Positions 18,001 through 26,900 of a DNA stretch of 64,000 nucleotides are shown here, one piece after another. This stretch comes from a virus. Lineage: Duplodnaviria > Caudoviricetes. The notes under the pieces are model-generated. The model did not search any database. It saw nothing but the letters and a program-made list of their open reading frames with translations, and was not told where the DNA came from. The DNA lies in the IMG/VR virus record IMGVR_UViG_3300025909_000005; one strand, written 5' to 3'. The position numbers were made by a program, and so were the translations under genes. How positions within the stretch are numbered: position 1 is the first letter of the stretch; every line of letters starts with the position of its first letter.

Positions 18001-18737
18001 TCACCTTCAAACAATTCATCGATGAGAGCACCAACGACAAGGGCGTCCTCAAGGCCATCTTCGTCGTGGGTATTCCTGGTGCAGGCAAGACCTACACCAT
18101 TTCCCAAATCAACGGCCGCATCGCACCAAAGCTGGTCACGATGGACACAGCTGCTGAGTACCTGATCAAGAAGCTGGGCATCCCATCGACTGACGAGACC
18201 TGGCCAAAGATCGTCGACACAGCTCGCAAGATGACACTTGGATCCCTCTACTCCTACGTGAATGGCGTGCTGCCCCTTTTCGTCGACGGAACCCTCAACG
18301 ACATCTCAAACGTTCAGTCGCGCATCAATATTCTTGAGGACATTGGCTACGACATCGGCATGGTCTACGTGCACGCTGACCTGTACACTGCGAAGTCCCG
18401 GGCTGTAGCGCGGGCAAAGGTGAATGGTCGCCACGTCTCCGACGACTTCATTGAGAAGACGCACGCTGTCTCCGAGAAGAACAAGGAGCTGTTCATGAAC
18501 CGCTTCTCGTTCTACAAGGAGGTTGACAACAGCTCGGGCGCCATGGACAATGAGGCGCTGCTGAAGATCTACCGGGCCGCTCAGGGTTTCTACAGTGAGC
18601 CAGTAAAGAACGAACGTGGTCAAGGAGTCCTTGAGAAGCTTAAGAGCGAGAAGCAGGGCTACCTCGTACCGACGATCTATCAGAAGGAAGACCTTGCCGA
18701 AAAATTGGCTGGCTGGTACAAGGGCGGACGTAAATAA
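17997..18737 (+). CDS. Zeta-toxin/AAA_33-like P-loop kinase with N-terminal tag
   Basis: IFVVGIPGAGKT Walker A, LFVDGT, GYDIGMVYV and RAVAR....GRHV lid. N-terminus MITFKQFIDE. Confidence 0.7.
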   Translation: MITFKQFIDESTNDKGVLKAIFVVGIPGAGKTYTISQINGRIAPKLVTMDTAAEYLIKKLGIPSTDETWPKIVDTARKMTLGSLYSYVNGVLPLFVDGTLNDISNVQSRINILEDIGYDIGMVYVHADLYTAKSRAVARAKVNGRHVSDDFIEKTHAVSEKNKELFMNRFSFYKEVDNSSGAMDNEALLKIYRAAQGFYSEPVKNERGQGVLEKLKSEKQGYLVPTIYQKEDLAEKLAGWYKGGRK

Positions 18738-18741
18738 CACC

Positions 18742-19548
18742 ATGAAAATTGATGAACTCCTGAACCCTTTGGTTCCACAGCCCCTCCTCGAGGGCCTCAC
18801 CCTGTCCATCTATGAGGACCTGATCCAGGACCTCATGCTTGAGGACGACGCGGCTGCACCTCCTGCTGACAGTAGCCCGCCTGCTGCAACTGGTGGCACG
18901 CTTGGAACGACTGCAACCACGCCGGTCGTGGACGGCAGTGGTTCACACAGCTGCGGCCCATACGAGATTGGGCACTGGGGTGGCGGTCCAATCGGTGTTG
19001 GTCCAGTCTTCGGTGGCATGTGGTTCAATCAACTCTACGCATCTGTCAAGCAGCTCATCACCGCAAAGCGTATCAAGACACGCATGAAGCAGATTGGCAT
19101 CTCAACGAAGGGTGCTGCTCGAGTTGAGAAGGCCGCAAAGGCGGCTGCAAAGAACGTGAAGGACCTGCTGTCCAACCCACGCAGCGTTGCCTACCAGACT
19201 CCGGTTTGGACGACGCAGAAGATGCCGAAGCCGATGCTTAAGAAGTGGAATGAACACTTCGGAGAAGAGTTCCAGAAGGAGCTTGCGAAGCTGACGGTAG
19301 ACGACCTCTTTGAAGGAGTGAACGCAAACGACCTAGCCACGCAGTGGCTAGGTGTCAAGTCACTCGGTGCTGCTCAACCGGCCCTGCGTAGCGAAGAGGA
19401 GCAGTTCCTCGACCGTGGCCGTCAGGTTAAGCGCCAGGTCATTGACACGCCGATGGGAAAGACAGTCGTCATTCTCTACCAGCTCGGTGACAAGAAGATG
19501 GTCCGTCTGGAAACTGCCGATCGAAAGATGAAGTCCTACGTGGCGTAA
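18742..19548 (+). CDS. Hypothetical protein with type-2 tag (MKIDELL)
   Basis: TAAATA at 18731-18736 directly upstream; Ala/Pro/Thr linker. Confidence 0.6.
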   Translation: MKIDELLNPLVPQPLLEGLTLSIYEDLIQDLMLEDDAAAPPADSSPPAATGGTLGTTATTPVVDGSGSHSCGPYEIGHWGGGPIGVGPVFGGMWFNQLYASVKQLITAKRIKTRMKQIGISTKGAARVEKAAKAAAKNVKDLLSNPRSVAYQTPVWTTQKMPKPMLKKWNEHFGEEFQKELAKLTVDDLFEGVNANDLATQWLGVKSLGAAQPALRSEEEQFLDRGRQVKRQVIDTPMGKTVVILYQLGDKKMVRLETADRKMKSYVA

Positions 19549-19559
19549 CGAAAGCAATC

Positions 19560-19925
19560 ATGAGTTTCACTGACCTGATGTCCTACCTTCTTTACGCGGA
19601 GGTGGCGACGCAAAAGATGCACTGGAAGTCAAAGTCGTTCGCTCGCCACGTTGCGCTGGGTGACATGTACGAGGCCATGGTTGACATCGTTGACGAGCTC
19701 AATGAGATCTGGATGGGCAAGTACGGAAATGAAACTCCCATTCCTACTAAGGACTGGAACGCAGATATGACCTCCGAAAAGAGCTACATAGATCAGATGT
19801 TCGCGACCCTTGAGGCCTTCCACGGATTGGTCTTTCAGGATGGCGATGACTATATCAAGAACAAGTTCGAGGAACTACAGGCGGTCGTCGCCCGAGCGAA
19901 ATACAAGATTGATAACCTGGTGTAA
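19560..19925 (+). CDS. Ferritin/Dps-like four-helix protein (DUF5856-like)
   Basis: QKMHWKSKSFARHVALGDMYE...DELNEIWMGKYG pattern. Confidence 0.65.
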   Translation: MSFTDLMSYLLYAEVATQKMHWKSKSFARHVALGDMYEAMVDIVDELNEIWMGKYGNETPIPTKDWNADMTSEKSYIDQMFATLEAFHGLVFQDGDDYIKNKFEELQAVVARAKYKIDNLV

Positions 19926-19942
19926 ATTCCACGAAAGGAACG

Positions 19943-20197
19943 ATGATGGGTATTCTGAAGAAAGTGTTGATTGCCGGTGCAGGTGCAGCGGCATCCTATT
20001 ACGCAACCAAGTGGGTCGCGCAGCTGCTTGAAGAGAAGCCGCTCGACCAACGCCTGGCCGACCTGCAAAAGATGGCGGAGGTCTACACGACCGCTGCCAA
20101 GGACGCAGGTACTGATGCAGTTGAAAAGACGATGGGCAAGAAGGACGAGCTTATCGAGGGTCTGCAAAAGTACCTGGACAGTCTGAAGAGCCAGTGA
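19943..20197 (+). CDS. Small protein with N-terminal hydrophobic helix
   Basis: KKVLIAGAGAAASYY followed by a coiled-coil; GAAAGGA SD. Confidence 0.6.
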   Translation: MMGILKKVLIAGAGAAASYYATKWVAQLLEEKPLDQRLADLQKMAEVYTTAAKDAGTDAVEKTMGKKDELIEGLQKYLDSLKSQ

Positions 20198-20313
20198 TGC
20201 TCCGCACGATCGGCAAGGTAATCGCCGGTGTGGCTGCTACGGCAGCTACGACCTACCTGGGGAAGCGCTTTCTCCAGTGGGCCGGCGTCATCAAGAAACC
20301 TCCGCAAAAGTGA
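20197..20313 (+). CDS. 38-aa peptide MLRTIGKVIAGVAATAATTYLGKRFLQWAGVIKKPPQK (absent from ORF track)
   Basis: TGATG overlap upstream and GTGA overlap downstream; resembles the N-terminus of 19943..20197. Confidence 0.6.
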   Translation: MLRTIGKVIAGVAATAATTYLGKRFLQWAGVIKKPPQK

Positions 20314-20990
20314 TCACCTTCAAGCAGTTCCTGAACGAAACGACGGTCGAAAAGTACTCCACGGATCTAGAAGAAATTGTGGACCTCATTCAGCAGGACT
20401 GCCAGCCATTCCTGCGCGAGGCCGGCGACTACGCGCTCTTCCGCGGGTTCAGGGGCCGACGAGGCTTGACTGATGATCACGGCCACCACATTGGGCCCAT
20501 CTACTGGCTCAAGGCAACTCCACGCACTGACCGTCGGCCACTTGACTCGTATAAGCTGGCTCATGACCTCATGGACGACTGGTTCGAGAAGAACTACGGT
20601 GTGCGCGCTCGGTCTGAGGGCGTCTTTTGCGCTCCTCGTCAGGCTCAGGCTGCTTCGTATGGGCGCGCCTTCTACGTCTTTCCAATTGGCAACTTCAAGG
20701 TTCTCTGGGCCAGCCACGATGTGGCTGGAACGAGCGGCGTCAAGGACACTGCAAGCCTCTCAGATTCCATCTACAGGTTTGCTGAGACCGTGGAGCCGGA
20801 CAAGCAGGCCGACGTTGCTGACCGCGTCATGACGAACCACAATCACTGGCATGAAGGCAACGTGAAGAAGGCAGTCCAGTCTGATGCCGAGATCACGCTC
20901 ATCTGCGACAAGTACTACGCCGTGGCCTGTGGGCCAAATGTACACTACACTGACCTCATTTCTGGAAAACAGTTGCCCCGTGAAGAGTAA
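20310..20990 (+). CDS. Tagged putative internal head protein, family A (ART-like)
   Basis: MITFKQFLNE (GTG); LFRG, RRPLD, RSEGVF, YGRAFYVFPIG and DAEITL. Confidence 0.6.
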   Translation: MITFKQFLNETTVEKYSTDLEEIVDLIQQDCQPFLREAGDYALFRGFRGRRGLTDDHGHHIGPIYWLKATPRTDRRPLDSYKLAHDLMDDWFEKNYGVRARSEGVFCAPRQAQAASYGRAFYVFPIGNFKVLWASHDVAGTSGVKDTASLSDSIYRFAETVEPDKQADVADRVMTNHNHWHEGNVKKAVQSDAEITLICDKYYAVACGPNVHYTDLISGKQLPREE

Positions 20991-21014
20991 ATAAGAGATC
21001 TACCGGATCTCTTC

Positions 21015-21599
21015 ATGACGCACATCGCCTACATTCACGGACTGAATTCTAGTCACACGTCGTTCAAGTACATTCATGAGATGCTACCTGAACACAAGGC
21101 CACGTTCCTTGACTACGAGAGTCACCAGGACCTCGGCACCTCGATCGCGCAGGTGCTTCGGAAGTTCCCTAAGAGTGAGCCTGTTGTCATCGTCGGTCAC
21201 TCCCTAGGTGGCGTCATCGGCACGCTAATCGCGGCTGAGTACCCTGACCGCGTCCTCAAGCTCGTCACGATGTCCTCGCCCTTCAGTGGTTCCCGCGCGG
21301 CTTCAACCCTTCGCTGGATCCCTGGCTCCCTGAAGATCCTGAACGACATCACGCCAGCCTCCTCATACATCAAGAAGGTGAAGTCGCTGAAGTTGGACGT
21401 TCCAACTATCTCGATCATCTCCACGGGCGGTCACCTGCCTACATCACCAGAGCCAAATGACAGCGTCGTCTCACTGTCCTCTCAGCGCGCCTTGAAGTTC
21501 GGAAAGAAGATCGAGGTCAACGTATCCCACTTTGAAGTCCTCATGCATGACAAGACCGTCAAGACGATCAAGGACTTCGTCTTCGGAGACACCGAATGA
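21015..21599 (+). CDS. Alpha/beta hydrolase (esterase/lipase-like)
   Basis: YIHGLNSS, VGHSLGG nucleophile elbow, NDSVV (Asp) and SHFEVL (His). TAAATA at 20988-20993. Confidence 0.85.
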   Translation: MTHIAYIHGLNSSHTSFKYIHEMLPEHKATFLDYESHQDLGTSIAQVLRKFPKSEPVVIVGHSLGGVIGTLIAAEYPDRVLKLVTMSSPFSGSRAASTLRWIPGSLKILNDITPASSYIKKVKSLKLDVPTISIISTGGHLPTSPEPNDSVVSLSSQRALKFGKKIEVNVSHFEVLMHDKTVKTIKDFVFGDTE

Positions 21600-22396
21600 A
21601 GATCCACTCAAAGCGCCACCGCGACGCTCACGCAATCCATCCGTACACGTCTCACCAGGTTCAAATGATGATGGACCCCGTGAAGTTCATCAACGCGTAC
21701 ATGCACACTCCCTACGCCATCGGTGGCACAAAGCAGATCAGGCTCCATCCCTTCCAGGAGGACTTCATCAACTGCATCAAGCAGAACAAAAACGTCATCG
21801 CTGTCATGCCACGTCAGTCAGGCCAGACGATGACTGCTTTGGCCTTCTGCCTCTGGGAAAGCATGTTTGTTGTTGGCGCTGACGACACCATGATCCTTAC
21901 AACGGATCAAATGAACGTGCAACCGCTCGCAGACATCCTGAAGACGATGCTCAACTCTGTTCCAGCGTTCATGCGACCATCTGTTCTACAGCAGAATCGA
22001 ACAGCTATCTCGTTCGCGAAGGGTTCGCGCATTGAAGTTGCTCACATCAACCCATCTACTGTCTGTGGCCGATCACCAACTAGAGTTCACCTCGACTCGT
22101 TTGCAGCCGCGTCTGACCAGCGACAGAAGGACGCGTGGTACACCCTCATCGGTACTCTCGTCACGTCCAACAACATCTCCATGACCGGTACTCCTCGCGG
22201 TACCACTTCAACGTTTGCCCACATCTGGCGCGAGGCCAACCTCCAGATTGCCAATGGCAAGACGTTTAACGACTTCACGCCGTTCTTCAAGAACGTGCAT
22301 GACATGACTCACTTGGACCCACTCTGGCTCCAGTCAACTCGCAAGGCGATTGGCGAGTCAGCGTGGAAGTCAGAATTTGAGTGCCAGTTCCTATGA
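21596..22396 (+). CDS. Degenerate terminase large-subunit ATPase-domain paralogue
   Basis: Collinear with the N-terminal half of 22393..23937, but Walker A is PRQSGQT and Walker B is HLDSF; no nuclease domain. Confidence 0.7.
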   Translation: MKIHSKRHRDAHAIHPYTSHQVQMMMDPVKFINAYMHTPYAIGGTKQIRLHPFQEDFINCIKQNKNVIAVMPRQSGQTMTALAFCLWESMFVVGADDTMILTTDQMNVQPLADILKTMLNSVPAFMRPSVLQQNRTAISFAKGSRIEVAHINPSTVCGRSPTRVHLDSFAAASDQRQKDAWYTLIGTLVTSNNISMTGTPRGTTSTFAHIWREANLQIANGKTFNDFTPFFKNVHDMTHLDPLWLQSTRKAIGESAWKSEFECQFL

Positions 22397-23937
22397 AGAA
22401 TCCCCAGCTAAAGCGCGCCTACTCCACAGACGAGTATACCCCTCAAATGATTGGTGAGCTTGCCAAGTGCAAGAAGGATCCCGTCTACTTCATCCGTACC
22501 TACGTGAAGGTCCAACACCCGGTCCGTGGTACGGTTCCGTTTGACCTGTACGAGTACCAAGAGCGGTTCATCCGTCACATGCAGGACAACCGCTTCACGA
22601 TCACGCTTCAGCCACGCCAGTGCGGCAAGACCCTGACGGTGGCCATGTTCCTGTTGTGGTACGCGATGTTCAATGAAGACGCGCTGCTCCTGATCGCCTC
22701 GAAGAACCAGGGCCACGCCCTTGAGATCGCCGCGCGCGTTCGCTTCGCCTACGAGGAACTTCCAAACTGGATCAAGTGCGGTCTCAAGTACTACAACCGC
22801 CACAACATCGAGTTCGACAACGGTTCGCGCATCATCTCGGAAGCCACGACCGAAAAGACAGGTCGTGGTCTCGCTATCACGAAGATCTACCTCGACGAGT
22901 TGGCCTTCATTAACCCACGCATCCAACAGGAGCTGTGGAAGTCTCTGACCCCTACCCTTTCGACTGGTGGTTCGGCTATCATCTCGTCGACGCCAAACGG
23001 TGACACCGAGCTCTTCGCCAGCCTGTGGCGCGAGGCCAACACCGAGGGAGATGGCAAGCCAGGCCGTAACGGCTACGCACCTTTCCAGGTTGACTGGCGC
23101 GAACACCCTGAACGCAGCGACGACTACTGGGACACGATGGTTTCTCAGCTTGGTCTTCTTGCCTGCCGTCAGGAAGTTGGCTGCGAGTTCCTCTCGTCTG
23201 ACGCCCTGCTCATCAACTCCCTTCGCCTGCATGAGCTTCACGAATCCATGGTCCACCACACGGACATGGGCTTCAAGTTCTGGAAGGCGGACGAGGACAT
23301 TGGTGGAAGTGGCAAGACCTACCTCGTCGGTGTCGACCCTGCAACCGGTGGCGGTAACGACTACTCGGTCATCGAGGTGTTTGAGTTCCCGAGCCTGGAG
23401 CAGGTTGCTGAGTGGCGATCCAACGAGATCAAGATCCCGATGCTGTACGCCAAGCTCAAGTGGATCTTGAACAAGCTCTCTGCTCCGATCAACCGTGGAC
23501 GTGCTGAGGTGCTATGGACCTTCGAACGGAACGGCATCGGTGAAGCTGTCTCGACGCTCTACTACAACGACGAACGACAGCCAGAAGCTGAACTCTTCAA
23601 TGACAACCCTGCCAAGCTGGGCGTCTTTACCTCGGGCAAGACGAAGGTCCTGACCTGTCTGCAGCTCAAGGCGGCAGTCGAGCGCGTCAAGGGCGGCCTG
23701 AAGATCAACTCAGCCCAGCTCCTGAACGAGCTCAAGAACTTCGTGGCCAAGGGTGGATCGTACGAGGCCAAGTCTGGTGCCACAGACGACTGTGTCATGG
23801 CGCTGGTGCTCGTCATGCGACTGCTCAAGCGTATCGGCGACTACGACGACCGGGCCTTCAGAATGGTGAACGAATACGTAGAACCTGACGTGGATGATCA
23901 GTGGGGAGATGAGCCAGTCCCGTTCTCGATCTCTTAA
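22393..23937 (+). CDS. gp17: Terminase large subunit
   Basis: PRQCGKT Walker A, IYLDELAF Walker B, SSTPNG coupling motif, GVDPATG..NDYS and DDCVMAL nuclease motifs. Confidence 0.95.
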   Translation: MKNPQLKRAYSTDEYTPQMIGELAKCKKDPVYFIRTYVKVQHPVRGTVPFDLYEYQERFIRHMQDNRFTITLQPRQCGKTLTVAMFLLWYAMFNEDALLLIASKNQGHALEIAARVRFAYEELPNWIKCGLKYYNRHNIEFDNGSRIISEATTEKTGRGLAITKIYLDELAFINPRIQQELWKSLTPTLSTGGSAIISSTPNGDTELFASLWREANTEGDGKPGRNGYAPFQVDWREHPERSDDYWDTMVSQLGLLACRQEVGCEFLSSDALLINSLRLHELHESMVHHTDMGFKFWKADEDIGGSGKTYLVGVDPATGGGNDYSVIEVFEFPSLEQVAEWRSNEIKIPMLYAKLKWILNKLSAPINRGRAEVLWTFERNGIGEAVSTLYYNDERQPEAELFNDNPAKLGVFTSGKTKVLTCLQLKAAVERVKGGLKINSAQLLNELKNFVAKGGSYEAKSGATDDCVMALVLVMRLLKRIGDYDDRAFRMVNEYVEPDVDDQWGDEPVPFSIS

Positions 23938-23946
23938 GGTCTGCCC

Positions 23947-23953
23947 ATAAATA
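23947..23953 (+). promoter_or_regulatory. Late promoter ATAAATA
   Basis: Upstream of the fibre cluster. Confidence 0.65.
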
Positions 23954-23983
23954 GCCCTGTAATTTCTAACACAGGGCTACACC

Positions 23984-26900
23984 ATGCTTACAGACGGTAT
24001 TCAGCTGCTCGGCTCTTCAACTGCGACGAACCTGTCGATCACGAGCGGCACCACCCTTCCTTCTACCGGCCTGAACGTCGGTGAACTCTTCTACCAGATT
24101 GGAACTGGTCTGTATGTCTCGGATGGCTCCGCGTGGAACCAAGTCGGTTCAGCATACGTCCTGACCGCTGCCAAGATCACGACCGCGCTTGGCGCAACTC
24201 CTGCAACTCTCGACGGCACCGGCAAGCTGAGCACCTCCCAGCTGCCAGCGATCGCCATCACTGACACCTTCCCTGTCGCATCTCAAGCTGAGATGCTGGC
24301 GCTCACCGCTCAGACAGGCGACGTTGCAGTTCGCAGCGACTCGAACACCTCCTGGATTCTGAAGGGAACCGATCCTTCTCAGCTCTCCAACTGGACGCAG
24401 CTGCTCACACCAACTTCGGCAGTCACCTCAGTCAACACTCAGACCGGTGCAGTCACGCTCACCACCACGAACATCTCGGAAGGTACGAACAAGTACTACA
24501 CAGACGCCCGTGCTCGTGCAGCAATCTCGGCAACTGGCTCTGGCGGCTCGTATGACTCCTCGACTGGTGTCATCACGTTCTCCTCCGGAACGGCAGGCAC
24601 GCTCTCGGCAGCCACCACGATTGGTGACGGCACAGGCGCTTCTTCGATCACCTCGACAGGTGGTACGAACGCCAACCTCACGATTGCAGCGGGTCAAGGC
24701 GGTGCGAACTCCTCGCTGTACCTCCAGGCTGGTCCATCTGGTTCCGGTTCCCAGACTGGCGGCTCGGTCTACATCTCTCCAGGTGCCAATGGTGCAACCT
24801 CTGGTTCCGGCATCGGCAACGTCGTTATTCAAGGCAACCCAGCTTCTGCCTACGTTGGCGCGACGGGTGGCAACAGCAACGGCGCAATCGTCTTCCAGAC
24901 GGGTGCAGCGCAGTCCACAAACAACACAGTCAACACACTCGTCAACCGCCTCGTCATCCAGGCAGGCGGTGCATGGATCGTCAGCGGCTCAGCAGGCTCA
25001 AGCGGCCAGGTTCTGACGTCTGCTGGTGCCGGTGCGACACCGACCTGGACAACCATTGCGACAACTTCGCTGTCGGCAACTGGCGGTACTCCACGCTCAA
25101 GCACGACAGGTGTCTACGCCGGTCTCGATGCGACGAACCAGCCGGTCATCACGCTGAACAACGCCGGTCTGACCACTGGCAACCGTGCCTCTGACATCTA
25201 CATTGCTTCCGACGGCATCCTGCGTTGGGACTTTGCGAACGACTCGTACACGGTCGGTACAGCGTGGCTGCAGGTTGCACGTTCTAGCAACACCGCAACC
25301 AACATCACGCTCACAGGCACGGCAATCACGCTTACGGGCGCCGTATCTGGCACGTCCTTCAGCGGTGATGGTTCTGCTCTTACGGCCCTCAATGCATCGA
25401 ACCTTTCTACCGGCACGGTTGGTACGGCCCGTCTTGGTTCAGGTACGGCTTCCTCTACGACCTTCCTTCGTGGTGACGGCACCTGGGCAACCCCATCGGG
25501 TGGCAGCGGCACAGTCACTTCTGTTGCAGTTTCGGGTGGTACAACGGGTCTTACGACTTCCGGCGGTCCGATCACTGGCTCTGGAACGATCACGCTTGCC
25601 GGTACTCTCGCGCTGGCAAACGGCGGTACAGGTGCAACTACCCAGGCTGGCGCTGCGAATGCAGTTCTTCCAACGCAGACAAGCAACTCTGGCAAGTTCC
25701 TCACAACTGACGGCTCGAATGTTTCTTGGGCTACGGTCTCTGGTGGCACTGGTTCTCCAGGTGGCTCTGACACGCAAGTTCAGTACAACGCGTCTGGCGC
25801 CTTTGCAGGCAGCTCGACCTTCACGTTCAACTCTGGCACCGGCACCGTCACTGCAACGACCTTCTCTGGTGCCCACACGGGTAACGGTTCGGGTCTGACG
25901 AGCCTGACACCAACGAACATCACTGCAACTGGAACACCATCTTCCACGACGTACCTGCGCGGTGACGGCACTTGGTCAACCCCTTCTTCCTCAGCCACCT
26001 CAGCTCTGACAAGCGGCTTCGTTGCCTACGGTATCTCTGGTACGATGAGCGGCTCTACCGCGCTCACCTTCTCGGGCTCTCCAACAAACGGCTCTGGAGC
26101 TCCAACACTCGTCATCGGCGCCTCGACAAACACACAGGCCGCCACCCTCCAACAGAACGACAACCCAGGCTCAACCTTCACGGTTCGCGCTGGTGATTCT
26201 AGCGGCGGTGGTTCCGGTGGTACCCTCGTTGTTCGAGCTGGTCACGGCACGACCAACACTGGCGGTCAAAACGGCGGTAACGTCACGATCATCGCTGGTT
26301 CGTCGGTCGCTGGTTCTAAGGGTTACGTCAGCGTTACAACTGGTGGTACGACAGTCGGTGGTGGCGGTGGTACTGAACGCCTGCGCATCGACCAAAACGG
26401 TACATGGACGCTTAATGGTGCGGCAGGTACCACTGGTCAGGTTCTGACTAGCCAAGGTTCCTCTGCTGCACCAATCTGGGCGGCTGTCAGCCTCACCTCG
26501 CTGCAGGCCACGGCTAGCGCCTCAGTCAACACCTCCACGACTGGATCGTATGTGGGTCTTGACGGTAACACTCAGCCAATCTTGGCGATGGTGAACACCG
26601 CCGCCGGCACGAATAACAAGTACAGCGAATGGGCCGTGACCTCGGCCGGCAGCACTGTTCTGTCGCTCGTGAATGACGCCAACACCGGGAGCTCAAATGT
26701 CATCACTGTTGCGCGCTCAGGAAACACCGCGACGCTGATCACGCTGGCATCGACAGCGGTGAATCTCTCTGGCCTCACGTCTGGTCTTCAGCTGAATGCA
26801 AGCGCGGGCACGACTGGTCAGGTTCTCACGAGCCAAGGTGCTTCATCTGCACCAACATGGACGACACTGGCAGCCCCGACAACCCTCAGCGCAACTGGCA

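Noticed and set aside
16081-20332. Recurrent TGATCACCTTCAA repeats as a CRISPR array
   Set aside because: Spacing is irregular (hundreds to thousands of bp), each repeat is an in-frame gene start, and no cas genes are present.
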